From Candidatus Omnitrophota bacterium (GTDB lineage: Bacteria > Omnitrophota > Gorgyraeia > Duberdicusellales > 4484-171): a stretch of 63,979 nt of DNA. Each line of letters opens with the position of its first letter. Within the stretch, counting starts at the first letter, position 1. The notes below the pieces were generated by a model. It searched no databases, was not told the DNA's origin, and was given only the letters and a program-made list of their open reading frames with translations. Position numbers and translations under genes: made by a program. Below, piece after piece: positions 47,500 to 57,323 of this stretch. Where the stretch lies: the NCBI GenBank assembly GCA_024542985.1, contig JAMXCX010000002.1:1-63979 (forward strand), in the 5' to 3' direction.

Positions 47500-47958
47500 T
47501 CAAATTTTTATCTTTTCTTTTCCTAATTTAATTTTACTAAAATCAACTTTTATAACCTCATCTTTATACTTTAGTGACAATGCACTATTATTTGCATCTA
47601 GAACTTGAGCCTCTAGATAGGCTTTGCCACAAACCGGCTCATTCAGCCATAAAGAGACTACTCTCCCCTTTACCCTCAAAAAATCATTACTTTTTCTTAG
47701 CGGCCTATCAAGTCCGGGAGAGTTTATTTCTACTACGCAATTATCACCTAAAACATTATCTTCGTCTAAATAGGCACATATTTTTTTATTAATCTTACTG
47801 CAAACATCAAGGGTTATACCTCCCTCAGAATAATCTACAATGCAACGCAAAATATGCTTACCGCCGGAGAAAAAAATCCTAAAATCTATCAATTCTGCCC
47901 CTTGATTTTTAATGATGCTTTCAACCTTAAGCCTAATTTGGGTGTCGTTATTAATCAT
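47500..47958 (-). CDS. rimP: ribosome maturation factor RimP
   Basis: 152 aa with INSPGLDRPL motif. Directly upstream of nusA. Confidence 0.85.
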   Translation of the reverse strand: MINNDTQIRLKVESIIKNQGAELIDFRIFFSGGKHILRCIVDYSEGGITLDVCSKINKKICAYLDEDNVLGDNCVVEINSPGLDRPLRKSNDFLRVKGRVVSLWLNEPVCGKAYLEAQVLDANNSALSLKYKDEVIKVDFSKIKLGKEKIKI

Positions 47959-49177
47959 ATTCTTTTTTAAAAAAGCTGAGCAATTCTTCCTTTTTTAGAC
48001 TTTCCTTAGCTTTAGTTCTGCGGTTCTCTAAATCTATAGTTTTGTCTTTCAAATATTTCTTACCCATAATCAGAATATAAGGGCTCCCTATCAAATATGC
48101 ATCATTGAACTTGACCCCGGCCGGGGAATTTCTATCATCAATCAAAACAGATATTCCTTGTTTATCCAAGGCATCTTTTATATTAATTGCTTCATCCAGC
48201 AGCTTTGCGTCCAAAACAAGTAAATTTATTTCAAAAGGCCCTACTCCTTTAGGCCATATTATGCCTTTCTCGTCTGAACATACTTCAGCAATTGCAGAAA
48301 GCATTCGACTCACCCCTATGCCATAACAACCCATAATAAAGGGTTTTCTTTTTCCTTGCTCATCAAGAAACAGTGCTTCTTGAGAAAGTGAATATTTAGT
48401 TCCTAATTTAAATATATGCCCTATCTCAATCATCTTTTTTTCTGCTAAGCTCTTTTTACAGTTAGGACAACTCCCTCGTTCCTTAAAGTATTTTTTACAC
48501 TCACTGCAATGAAAAAGTATATCTTCGCCTATCAAGGCAGGAACCATAAATTCATGCGAGAGGCTTCCCCCCATTGCCCCGGAATCTGCTTGCACCATCA
48601 CAAAGTCCAATCCGCAATCTCTGAATATACTCTGGTAAGCCTCAAACATTTTCTCATAGTTAGCGTCTAGGCCTTCTTCGTCTTTATCAAAGCTATAGGC
48701 ATCCTTCATAACAAACTCACAACTTCGCATAAGCCCAAACCTAGGCCTAGGCTCATCTCTGAATTTGGTTTGTATCTGATAAAGTATAAAGGGAAGCTGC
48801 TTATATGAAAAAACAGAACGCCGTACAATCTCAGTTATTTCCTCTTCGTGAGTAGGCCCCAGGCAAATCTGTTTATCTCTTCTGTCCTTGAACTTAAACA
48901 TTACCTCTTTCAAATCTTTATCCCGTCCTGTTTTCTGCCAAATTTCAATAGGCTGTAATACACTCATGAGTAATTCCTGAGCCCCGCATAAATTCATATG
49001 CTTTCTTATTATGCTGTTTATGTTACTCAATACCCTTAAGCCTAAAGGAAGATAAGAATATACCCCGGAAGAAATCATAGTAAGAAAACACCCCTTAAGC
49101 AGAAGCTTATGGCTTTTACACTCAGCTATTTTAGGATCTTCTCTTAAAGTAAAAATAAAACTCTTAGAAAATAACAT
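47951..49177 (-). CDS. proS: prolyl-tRNA synthetase lacking the INS editing domain
   Basis: Class II motifs (QIQTKFRDEPRPRFGLMR, GHIFKLGTKYS, GCYGIGVSR). Only 408 aa. A CSEC...CPNC knuckle sits where bacterial INS normally is. Confidence 0.9.
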   Translation of the reverse strand: MLFSKSFIFTLREDPKIAECKSHKLLLKGCFLTMISSGVYSYLPLGLRVLSNINSIIRKHMNLCGAQELLMSVLQPIEIWQKTGRDKDLKEVMFKFKDRRDKQICLGPTHEEEITEIVRRSVFSYKQLPFILYQIQTKFRDEPRPRFGLMRSCEFVMKDAYSFDKDEEGLDANYEKMFEAYQSIFRDCGLDFVMVQADSGAMGGSLSHEFMVPALIGEDILFHCSECKKYFKERGSCPNCKKSLAEKKMIEIGHIFKLGTKYSLSQEALFLDEQGKRKPFIMGCYGIGVSRMLSAIAEVCSDEKGIIWPKGVGPFEINLLVLDAKLLDEAINIKDALDKQGISVLIDDRNSPAGVKFNDAYLIGSPYILIMGKKYLKDKTIDLENRRTKAKESLKKEELLSFFKKEYD

Positions 49178-49184
49178 TTTAGTT

Positions 49185-49228
49185 GTAAGTCTTAAGTTTT
49201 AAGTCTTATAGCTTGTATCTTGCATCTT
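49185..49228. repeat. heptad array (gtaagtcttaagttttaagtcttatagcttgtatcttgcatctt)
   Basis: Fills the spacer from the cpaF stop (49229) to the proS start (49177). Confidence 0.75.
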
Positions 49229-50476
49229 TTATGTAAAAATCTTCTCATCAATTTTAACTCCCCTCTTTTTAAAAATAGCGAAAAAGCTAGGTTTTGCGCA
49301 AGCTTTAAATTCTCCTTTTACCTTAAAATCCTCAGTAACTTCTTCTACCTCATAACGGAATATATCCTGCAAATTAATCTGGTTCTCTTTCATCCTACCC
49401 ACTTCAGTAATATGAGTTATTTTCCTTGAGCCGTCAGTCAGCTGTTCATGCTGAACAATGATGTCTAGACCTGAAGCAATTTGCGCCCGTATAGCCCAGG
49501 CCGGAAGATTTATACTAGCATATAAGGCTGTGGTTTCTATGCGAGTTATAGCATCAGTAGGACTGGAAGCATGTATAACCGCTAAAGATCCTCGGTGTCC
49601 GCTATTTAGAGCCTGCAAATAATCCATAGCCTCAGCCCCTCTTATTTCTCCTAAAATTATCCGGGTCGGCCTCATCCTTAAAGTATTACAAAACAAATCG
49701 CGAGGCGTTATCTCTCCTTTCCCTTCAATATTAGGAGCCCGGGTAAGCAGCCTCACAACATGCTCCTGACGCAAAGTCAACTCCAAAGCATCTTCAATGG
49801 TAATAATTCTTTCCAAGGGGCTTATATACGAAGAAAGCACCTCCAGGGTTGTTGTTTTACCGGAACCGGTTGCTCCGGAAAAAAGAATATTAAGCCTGGC
49901 CTTGATAGCGGCAACAAGAAACTCTGCCATCCGTTTATCAATTGTTCCCAGTTTAACTAAATCATTAATTTCCTGTATAGATCTTAAAAATTTTCTGATT
50001 GTTACTGTAGCGCCCCCAACAGAAAGAGGGGGCAATATGACATTCACCCTTGAACCATTTGTAAGCGCAAAATCAACATAAGGATAACTTTCATCAACGC
50101 GCTTGCCGGTAGGAGAAATCATTTTCTCAATTATATATTTTAGGTGCTGGTCATTATCAAACTTTATGTTCGAGACAGCTTTCTTTCCGTTCTTCTCTAT
50201 ATATATCTTAGAAGGGCCATTTATCATAATTTCAGTTATTTCCTCATCCTCCATAAGAGGCTGCAAAGGGCCTAGGCCTAAATAATCTGCGCAAAGAGAG
50301 TTTGTGATTTTGTCTTTGGTTGCTTTATCAACATCTAGATATTTTCCTTGTTCAGCCATATGGGTAAAAAACAACTGCGTTCTCTCTTTAACAAAGCTTG
50401 CGGTAAGTTTTTCTTTATCTCCGACCCATAGGCTTATCTCTTTACGAATTTCATTCTTAATTTTGTTTAAGTCCAT
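49229..50476 (-). CDS. cpaF: CpaF/TadA-family secretion ATPase
   Basis: Walker A GATGSGKTT, Asp box IITIEDALEL, Walker B RIILGEIRG, His box GHRGSLAVIHA. Confidence 0.9.
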   Translation of the reverse strand: MDLNKIKNEIRKEISLWVGDKEKLTASFVKERTQLFFTHMAEQGKYLDVDKATKDKITNSLCADYLGLGPLQPLMEDEEITEIMINGPSKIYIEKNGKKAVSNIKFDNDQHLKYIIEKMISPTGKRVDESYPYVDFALTNGSRVNVILPPLSVGGATVTIRKFLRSIQEINDLVKLGTIDKRMAEFLVAAIKARLNILFSGATGSGKTTTLEVLSSYISPLERIITIEDALELTLRQEHVVRLLTRAPNIEGKGEITPRDLFCNTLRMRPTRIILGEIRGAEAMDYLQALNSGHRGSLAVIHASSPTDAITRIETTALYASINLPAWAIRAQIASGLDIIVQHEQLTDGSRKITHITEVGRMKENQINLQDIFRYEVEEVTEDFKVKGEFKACAKPSFFAIFKKRGVKIDEKIFT

Positions 50477-51509
50477 ATCTTTTCACCTCCTTCATCAAGT
50501 CAGATATTATTCTATTTTCATTACTCTGCAGCAAAATCTTATCTTTCTTAAAAATAACCCCTTTCCTTTTTCCAAAGGCAACACCGATATCAGCCTGGTA
50601 GGCCTCACCCGGCCCATTCACAACACATCCCATAATGGCTATTCGCAAGGATTTAGTTATCTTTGAGCGTGTGAGCTCTTTTTTGAACTCATCTACTATG
50701 TTTATAAGTTTAACTTCACAGCGCGAACAAGTCGGACAAGAAATAATTTCCGGACCGAACCGTCTTAAATCAAGAGCCGCCAATATATACTTTGCTACCT
50801 CAATCTCGCGTAAAGAAGGAGAAGTTAAGGATACCCTTATTACATTACCAATTCCTTCCCCAAGAAGACTTCCCAATCCTAGGGAAGATTTAACCACCCC
50901 TTCTAAAAAGGGGCCACTGGCTGTAATCCCTAAATGGAGAGGATAATTATGCCTTGAGGAAAATATCCTATTAGCAGTAATGGTAGATAAAACATCAGAC
51001 CCTTTTAATGAAACCATTGTATCAAAAAAGCTTTCTGCCTCCAAGATTTTAAGGTAACTCTCACATCTTTTGACCATTTGTTCTGCTAATTCCCCGGAAC
51101 TCGAAAACTTCCTTTTAAATCCTCCGGAGTTAACTCCTACTCTTATGGAAACACCTTTAGCTTTAGCAAGACGCGCTATCTGCCTTACTTGTTTTTTATT
51201 GTAAATATTTGCAGGATTCAATCGTATACCATCAAAGCCTTCTTTAATAGCCAAAAGAGCCAGCTGATAATGAAAATGAACGTCAGCAACTAAAGGTATA
51301 GATAGCTGCTCTTTTAGAATCCCCGCCAGTTTCGCATCTTTTTGATCTTTAACTGCCAGCCGTATTACCTCAGCGCCTTCTTTCTCTAACCTTTTAGCCT
51401 CTTTAATAAGACTCTTCCTATTACTTGTAGGTGTCTTTAGCATACCCTTTATTCTGATGGGGTTTTTGCCGCCTATTTTGAGACTTCCTATTTTTACGAC
51501 TTTAGTCAT
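50457..51509 (-). CDS. ispG: 4-hydroxy-3-methylbut-2-enyl diphosphate synthase
   Basis: Start moved to the ATG at 51509 (MTKVVKIGSLKIGG), 1 nt after the rseP stop. Cys ligands CPTCSRC and MGCVVNGPGE. Confidence 0.9.
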   Translation of the reverse strand: MTKVVKIGSLKIGGKNPIRIKGMLKTPTSNRKSLIKEAKRLEKEGAEVIRLAVKDQKDAKLAGILKEQLSIPLVADVHFHYQLALLAIKEGFDGIRLNPANIYNKKQVRQIARLAKAKGVSIRVGVNSGGFKRKFSSSGELAEQMVKRCESYLKILEAESFFDTMVSLKGSDVLSTITANRIFSSRHNYPLHLGITASGPFLEGVVKSSLGLGSLLGEGIGNVIRVSLTSPSLREIEVAKYILAALDLRRFGPEIISCPTCSRCEVKLINIVDEFKKELTRSKITKSLRIAIMGCVVNGPGEAYQADIGVAFGKRKGVIFKKDKILLQSNENRIISDLMKEVKRYGLKQN

Positions 51510-51510
51510 A

Positions 51511-52608
51511 CTACTTCTTAAACTCTGTCGACTGTTCTCTATGTAATATTTTATCCCGTATTTTGGGGCCATATTTCACAATATCGTTATAAAAAACAAA
51601 TACAATCAATACTCCTATCAGGGCAAATCCCATACGGCTCAAGGCACCTTCGACCTTTTCACTCAAGCTTTTTTTCCTTATTTTCTCCAAAACAAAAAAT
51701 AAGAGATGGCCTCCGTCAAGAACAGGAATGGGAAATAAATTTATAATAGCTAAACTTATATTTAAGGCTGCCATAAGCTGCAGCACTGCGATCACTCCTA
51801 TTTTCACAAATTCAGAAGTAATATAAAAAATAGCTATCGGGCCGCCTGCCCCTTCTTTGAAAGATATAGAACCGGTAATCATATACATAAGCCCCTTGAT
51901 TACCTTGTGAGTAAGGTCAAACAAAGACTCTGCTCCTTTAATCAAGGCTTTAGGAAAACCATACTTAACTATTTTTATATTTGGCGAAGCAGATATCCCT
52001 ATAATAGAAGTCATCTTCTTTATACCAAAATCATCGATTACTTCTTTCTCTCTTAAAGAAACATCTAAAAATATGTTTTTTCCGTTTCTTTCTAATTTAA
52101 GAGAAATATCACCCTTAGATTTACGAATTACTTTGGTCATCTGCAACCAATCACTAACTTCTCTGCCATTTACTTCTAAGATTTTATCGCCTTCTTTTAA
52201 GCCGGAAGCCTCGGCCGGATAGCCTTCTAAAACACTGCCGACTATAGTGTCTCGATAAGGATAACCTATGAAAGCAATAATGCAAAATATTATAAAGGCA
52301 AGAAGATAGTTAAATACCGGCCCGGCTAGAACAACCTTCATTTTAATTCCCGGAGCTTTAGATAAAAATTCATAATCTCGGCCCTTGCATTCTAAACGAG
52401 AGTCCCCGGCTAATTTCACGTAACCCCCTAAAGGGAAAGCGCAAATTAAAAAATCAGTCTCTTTGGACCTCCATTTCAACAAAACCGGCCCAAAGCCAAT
52501 AGCAAACTTTTCCACCTTAATGCCTGAATGCCTGGCAGCAATAAAATGACCGAATTCATGAACAATAATTAAAATACTAAAAATAACTATAGTTACGAAA
52601 ATGCTCAT
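51511..52608 (-). CDS. rseP: RIP metalloprotease RseP (site-2 protease)
   Basis: Start moved to the ATG at 52608 (ATGA overlap with the dxr stop). HEFGH zinc motif, PDZ domain, NLFPIPVLDGG. Confidence 0.9.
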   Translation of the reverse strand: MSIFVTIVIFSILIIVHEFGHFIAARHSGIKVEKFAIGFGPVLLKWRSKETDFLICAFPLGGYVKLAGDSRLECKGRDYEFLSKAPGIKMKVVLAGPVFNYLLAFIIFCIIAFIGYPYRDTIVGSVLEGYPAEASGLKEGDKILEVNGREVSDWLQMTKVIRKSKGDISLKLERNGKNIFLDVSLREKEVIDDFGIKKMTSIIGISASPNIKIVKYGFPKALIKGAESLFDLTHKVIKGLMYMITGSISFKEGAGGPIAIFYITSEFVKIGVIAVLQLMAALNISLAIINLFPIPVLDGGHLLFFVLEKIRKKSLSEKVEGALSRMGFALIGVLIVFVFYNDIVKYGPKIRDKILHREQSTEFKK

Positions 52609-53765
52609 AATCTGTTTAGGTAGTCTTTTGTTTTTATTCGGGCCCAATTATCCCAAAAGAAAACATCGTTTATATTCTTCACCTTATGCCGGGGATACTT
52701 ACTATAGATGTGTGCCATGGCCTTATAGATATCAGTAAATTTTATTCTCTGGCCTAAAAAATAATCTATGGCTACTTCATCGCAAGCATTTAAAACCACT
52801 AATCCGTTATCCTTCCTCTTGGCTGCCCCTAATACTATCTCGATAAGTGGATATTTATCGTAATTAATAGGGCTGAAGGAATACGAAAAACTATTACTAA
52901 AATCCAGCCTTTTGCCGGAATTGAACCTCTGCGGATAATGAAGAGCAAAAGAAATCGGTTTTCTCATATCCGGAGGATAAATACAGGCCAGCAGAGTATT
53001 GTCTTTAAATTCTACTAAAGCATGAACGGCAGATTCCTTATGGATTGTAATACCGATATCTTTAAAGGGAATCCCGAAAAAATAATGCGTCTCAATAACT
53101 TCAAAAGCTTTATTAACTAAAGTAGCGCTATCTACGGTTATACGCTTGCCCATCTTCCAGGTAGGATGCGCCAAAACCTGTTTTATACCGACATTGGCTA
53201 ATTCTTTTTTTGTATAATCAACCAGGGCCCCTCCAGAAGCAGTAAGATAAACTTTTCGAAAATTACCATTCATGCACTTTCCATTCTTACTTATATTAAT
53301 AAGCTGAAAAAGAGCGTTTATCTCGCTGTCTATCGGCAGAATCTCTGTGTGAAATTTTTTAGCTTCTTTAAAAACTAATGAACCTGCCGCGACTATAGAT
53401 TCTTTGTTAGCTAAAGCTATTCTCTTGGCATATTTAATATTTATTAATAAAGGCTTTAAGCAGGATATTCCGGAAATCGCCATAAGGGAAATGTCTGACT
53501 CCAAAGCAGCAAATTCCTCCAATCCTTTTTCGCCTTTAAAAAGACGTATCCGCTTTTCTAGGCTTTTGCCTATTTTGTCAGCCTGGGCTTGGTCTCTTAC
53601 ACAAACATAAGAAGGTGAAAATTCTTTAATTTGTGATAGAAGTACTTTAATATTCTTGTTGGTACAAAGGCCTGTGACTTTAAATTTTCCCTTATTCTTC
53701 CCTATCACCTTAAGGGCATTTTGCCCCACAGACCCTGTTGAACCAAATACAATTATTTTCTTCAT
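52605..53765 (-). CDS. dxr: 1-deoxy-D-xylulose 5-phosphate reductoisomerase
   Basis: NADPH motif GSTGSVG, plus LANKESIV and HPTWKMG motifs. Confidence 0.95.
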   Translation of the reverse strand: MKKIIVFGSTGSVGQNALKVIGKNKGKFKVTGLCTNKNIKVLLSQIKEFSPSYVCVRDQAQADKIGKSLEKRIRLFKGEKGLEEFAALESDISLMAISGISCLKPLLINIKYAKRIALANKESIVAAGSLVFKEAKKFHTEILPIDSEINALFQLINISKNGKCMNGNFRKVYLTASGGALVDYTKKELANVGIKQVLAHPTWKMGKRITVDSATLVNKAFEVIETHYFFGIPFKDIGITIHKESAVHALVEFKDNTLLACIYPPDMRKPISFALHYPQRFNSGKRLDFSNSFSYSFSPINYDKYPLIEIVLGAAKRKDNGLVVLNACDEVAIDYFLGQRIKFTDIYKAMAHIYSKYPRHKVKNINDVFFWDNWARIKTKDYLNRL

Positions 53766-53836
53766 GATATTTATAATCTAAATTGAAAAAATAGCCCTGC
53801 ACTTTAGCAGATAAATATCTGCCTGTTACTTAGCAA

Positions 53837-54640
53837 TTACGCCATCATCGTGAGATAAAGATAACACGTGGGTGCGGTAAAGATTAAACTATCAATGACA
53901 TCAAGTATTCCGCCCATCCCCGGCAGGAGTTTGCCTGAATCTTTTACCCGGCAATCTCTCTTTATCAATGACTCAAAGATATCACCTAACTGGGCTAAAG
54001 CAGCTAAAATTATTATTAAAAACAGTTTTCCTAAAAAATCCATGCTCTTCACAAAGAAAGAAAAAATAATCCCTATTACCAGACTGGTAAAAAATCCTCC
54101 GAACGCTCCTTCCCAAGATTTCTTTGGGCTTATCCTTTTGACAAGATGACTACGGCCAAATTTCTTACCCCAAATGTAAGCTCCAAAATCAGAAGATTTT
54201 GTCACCAAGAGCAAAAAGCCGGTAAGCATAGCCCCTTCAGGAAGCTGCCGTATTCTTATTATGAATGAAAAACACCAAGAGATATATATAACACCAAAAA
54301 CTGTTGCCGAAATAGACAAAACAGAATGATGAGCATCTTTCTTGCCCAACTCAAGAAGAAAAAGAAGCAAAAGCGCCATAACTATAAACAAAAACTGCCA
54401 GCCTTGGCCGGGTGAAAAACGAAAATAAATAGTTATGGGGATAAGAGCGCCTACCAGCAATCCTAAGGGTTTAAATAATCTTACACCCTTCTTCTCTACC
54501 ATATAGAAAAATTCATATAAACCGACTACAATAAGTAAACAAGCAAGTATCCCGCATAAGGGGCTATAGATTACACCGAATACGCTAACTATGCTTAAAA
54601 TAACAAAAGGTACTATACGCTTAGTCACCTGCACCCCCAA
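53837..54640 (-). CDS. cdsA: phosphatidate cytidylyltransferase
   Basis: Polytopic. C-terminal signature SLIKRDCRVKDSGKLLPGMGGILDVIDS. Confidence 0.85.
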   Translation of the reverse strand: MGVQVTKRIVPFVILSIVSVFGVIYSPLCGILACLLIVVGLYEFFYMVEKKGVRLFKPLGLLVGALIPITIYFRFSPGQGWQFLFIVMALLLLFLLELGKKDAHHSVLSISATVFGVIYISWCFSFIIRIRQLPEGAMLTGFLLLVTKSSDFGAYIWGKKFGRSHLVKRISPKKSWEGAFGGFFTSLVIGIIFSFFVKSMDFLGKLFLIIILAALAQLGDIFESLIKRDCRVKDSGKLLPGMGGILDVIDSLIFTAPTCYLYLTMMA

Positions 54641-55325
54641 ATCTTCTGTCTCTTTTGGAATAAACTTCTATAGCTTTGGCAAGTTCTTTCTTGTCGAAAG
54701 CAGGCCAAAAAACAGGAGTAAAATAAAGTTCGGTATAGGCTAAATTCCAAATCAAAAAGTTACTTATCCTTTGTTCTCCTGAGGTTCTAATAAGCAGATC
54801 CGGATCGCCAATCCCGTTCAAAACAAGATATCTGCCAAAAAATTCCTCATCTATATCTTCTTGAGATATCTTTTTATCACAACAGGCTTTAGCTATTTTT
54901 TTTGTCGCCTCTAGAATATCCCATCTTCCTCCATAATCTAAAGCGATATTAAAAATAAAGCTTTTATTGTCCTTTGTCGCATCCTCTAAATCATTCATTT
55001 TATCGATGAGCCTTTTCTCCAGTCTATCTTTTCGGCCGATTATGTTTACTTTTATATCATTCTTAATAAGCTCTTTTTTGTAAGCATCGAGGAATCTGTC
55101 CAAATAAGAAAAAAGAATATTCAACTCTTTTTTCGGTCTGCTCCAATTTTCTGTCGAAAATGCAAAAATAGTAAGAACCTTAACGCCTTGCTTTTTTGCC
55201 TCTAGCACAATTTCTTTTACCCGGTTTACTCCTTTTCTATGTCCCAAAATACGAGGCAAACCCCTTTTTTTTGCCCATCGGCCGTTACCATCCATAATTA
55301 CCGCTATGTGGTAAGGTATTCTCAT
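54621..55325 (-). CDS. uppS: undecaprenyl diphosphate synthase
   Basis: HIAVIMDGNGRWA and RTSGEQRISNFL motifs. Confidence 0.95.
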   Translation of the reverse strand: MRIPYHIAVIMDGNGRWAKKRGLPRILGHRKGVNRVKEIVLEAKKQGVKVLTIFAFSTENWSRPKKELNILFSYLDRFLDAYKKELIKNDIKVNIIGRKDRLEKRLIDKMNDLEDATKDNKSFIFNIALDYGGRWDILEATKKIAKACCDKKISQEDIDEEFFGRYLVLNGIGDPDLLIRTSGEQRISNFLIWNLAYTELYFTPVFWPAFDKKELAKAIEVYSKRDRRFGGAGD

Positions 55326-55332
55326 ATTTCAC

Positions 55333-55362
55333 TAAAAATATAAAGGGGGCTTAAGCCCCCTT
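55333..55362 (-). terminator. rho-independent terminator (perfect 20-nt palindrome)
   Basis: aagggggcttaagccccctt (55343-55362) is followed on the minus strand by tatattttt. It separates the OmpA-like operon from uppS. Confidence 0.7.
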
Positions 55363-55389
55363 ATAAAACGCATCCCTTGCTTTGTCTAT

Positions 55390-55710
55390 TTACTCCTTTA
55401 CTTCTTTCCGTCTAACTCTATCTCTCATTAACTTTTTCCTGGAGTTACCTTCTAGTTCTGTCTTTAGTTTATTGAAGTCTTTATTCTGAAAGGCAACTAT
55501 CTGCAAATTAAGCTCCTCAACAGTCCTTAGAAGGTTTCTGTTTTCATCCCTTAGATTCTCTGCTATAACTTCGCAATTTCTTTTCTCAACCAATTGCTTA
55601 TCACGCTCGCTGTTTAGAGAGTTCATCTTTACCGAAAGGGACACACCGGAAATAACTAACGTTACAATCAGGCCAACTAACAAGCCTATTATTAAAGGGC
55701 TGCCCCTCAC
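55390..55710 (-). CDS. hypothetical membrane-anchored coiled-coil protein
   Basis: N-terminal TM helix (LIIGLLVGLIVTLVISGV) followed by a heptad-rich helix. Overlaps the upstream OmpA-like gene by 4 nt. Confidence 0.5.
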   Translation of the reverse strand: MRGSPLIIGLLVGLIVTLVISGVSLSVKMNSLNSERDKQLVEKRNCEVIAENLRDENRNLLRTVEELNLQIVAFQNKDFNKLKTELEGNSRKKLMRDRVRRKEVKE

Positions 55711-56372
55711 TTTAATTCCTCATCGTAAACATTTAAAGAATATCCTTTTTTAACTGTAGGAACGGTGGCGCTTTTCTTAGATGCTCGAGGTAAAATTACA
55801 ATTTCTACGCGTCGATTTGTTTTCCGGCCAGAAGGAGTAGCATTAGAAACAACTGGTTGATATTCGCCGTAGCCAATCGCTGATAATCTTCTGGGATTAA
55901 TGCCTTTTTTCTCTAAGTAATAAAGTACGCCCAGGGCACGTTGCGTAGAAAGCTCCCAATTTGATTTCCATTTTGAACGCTTGATAGGTTCATTGTCAGT
56001 ATGGCCTTCGATGCCTATTTTATTGTGAAGAGCTTCCTTTTTGAGTATTCTAACTACTTTATCCAAAATAGGTAAACTCTTTTTCTTAAGTACTGCCTTC
56101 CCTGAGTTAAAAAGAACCTCAGCAACAAAAGTAATCACTAGCCCTTTCTCGGCCATTCTTAATTTTACCTGCTTATCTCTTATTTCTCCCGAGAGGCGCC
56201 GGGTCAAAGCATTCTTGGCATTCTTTAGCTGATCTAATTCTCCCTCTAAAGATTCGATTTTTTCAAGGTCGGAACGCCTTCCTTTTTGTAAAATTAACGC
56301 GCAGCCATTCATAATAAAGACAAAAATAATTAGCAAAAAAATCAATTTGCTTCTCATATCTACCTCCTTCAA
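55707..56372 (-). CDS. OmpA/MotB-family peptidoglycan-binding lipoprotein
   Basis: Lipobox-like FIMNGC. C-terminal OmpA-like core GHTDNEP...NWELSTQRA...GYGEYQPV...NRRVEIV. Confidence 0.85.
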   Translation of the reverse strand: MKEVDMRSKLIFLLIIFVFIMNGCALILQKGRRSDLEKIESLEGELDQLKNAKNALTRRLSGEIRDKQVKLRMAEKGLVITFVAEVLFNSGKAVLKKKSLPILDKVVRILKKEALHNKIGIEGHTDNEPIKRSKWKSNWELSTQRALGVLYYLEKKGINPRRLSAIGYGEYQPVVSNATPSGRKTNRRVEIVILPRASKKSATVPTVKKGYSLNVYDEELK

Positions 56373-56654
56373 TTACCTAAATTTTCGTGGATTAAATCAA
56401 TACGCAAATTCAGCTGCCAGCTATTAGATAAATACTACCAACAGCCAAATTCCAAAAGGCCATTTTATCGCTTTTAGATTATCATAATCAATCTTGCAAG
56501 TCAAGGAATTTTAAGGCTAAAAACCCTCTCTTTAAAGGCTCAAATAGCCGTTAAAATACACCTAGAAAGGGCTATAAATTAAGGTAATTTTTGCTTTGAC
56601 AAGGATAGATATATTGGAAGATAGAAAGGCAATAAGTGCTATTTTTTTGCTTGT

Positions 56655-57026
56655 TTAGGTCTTTAGAAAAAAATATCTTAAGTGCTTACAGATTTGCTCA
56701 TAGTCGCTCTTGTCTATCTGTGTAAATTGTATTCCTAACATAAAAGGAAAATCAACGCTGTTTGATTCATTACGCCTCATTATCGTACCCCAGGCTATTA
56801 CGGGGTTTTTCTGCTCCGGGAAATAAATCCCTAATTTTACAACTTCTCCAATTTCCATCTTATACGGAGCCAGCAAACATATACCATCTTCTGAGATGTC
56901 CCGGCTCAAGAAATTACTCTCAAAAAGCACTTTTGAAGAACAACGCACAACAGTTAGAGCCTCAATCGCCCTAGCGTCTTTGCGCCGTTCATTTGTTTTT
57001 GTTTTTTTGATATGTTTTTCAGGCAT
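56655..57026 (-). CDS. PilZ-domain protein
   Basis: Start moved to the ATG at 57026, after the SD gggaggg. RRKDAR ... DISEDGICL pattern typical of PilZ c-di-GMP binding motifs. Confidence 0.7.
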   Translation of the reverse strand: MPEKHIKKTKTNERRKDARAIEALTVVRCSSKVLFESNFLSRDISEDGICLLAPYKMEIGEVVKLGIYFPEQKNPVIAWGTIMRRNESNSVDFPFMLGIQFTQIDKSDYEQICKHLRYFFLKT

Positions 57027-57206
57027 ATTTCCCTCCCATAAAAACATACCACATATTGATACTACTTTTTAGGCAAGCTGAGCCAGTGAGTTAAAACGTT
57101 TACAGTCCAATATCCCTTTGCATTTCTTGAGATTACCGGCTAAGAATCTTACTAAAAAAAAGCTATTTTTACCTCAAAAAACCTCATAATTTCGTCTCTA
57201 AGCAAC

Positions 57207-57253
57207 TGGTTGAAAAACAAAAAGGCAACCTTCTAATTTTAGAAAGCTGCCTT
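57207..57253 (-). terminator. rho-independent terminator after the micropeptide ORF
   Basis: 15-nt arms (13/15 complementary: aaggcagctttctaa / ttagaaggttgcctt), followed on the minus strand by tttttgttttt. Confidence 0.7.
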
Positions 57254-57323
57254 TTCTTGCTATTTCCGGTTAAGGCTATCTATCCCTTAGCCGGAAAGCC
57301 ACGGTTGTTAAGGCCGTGGAGTT

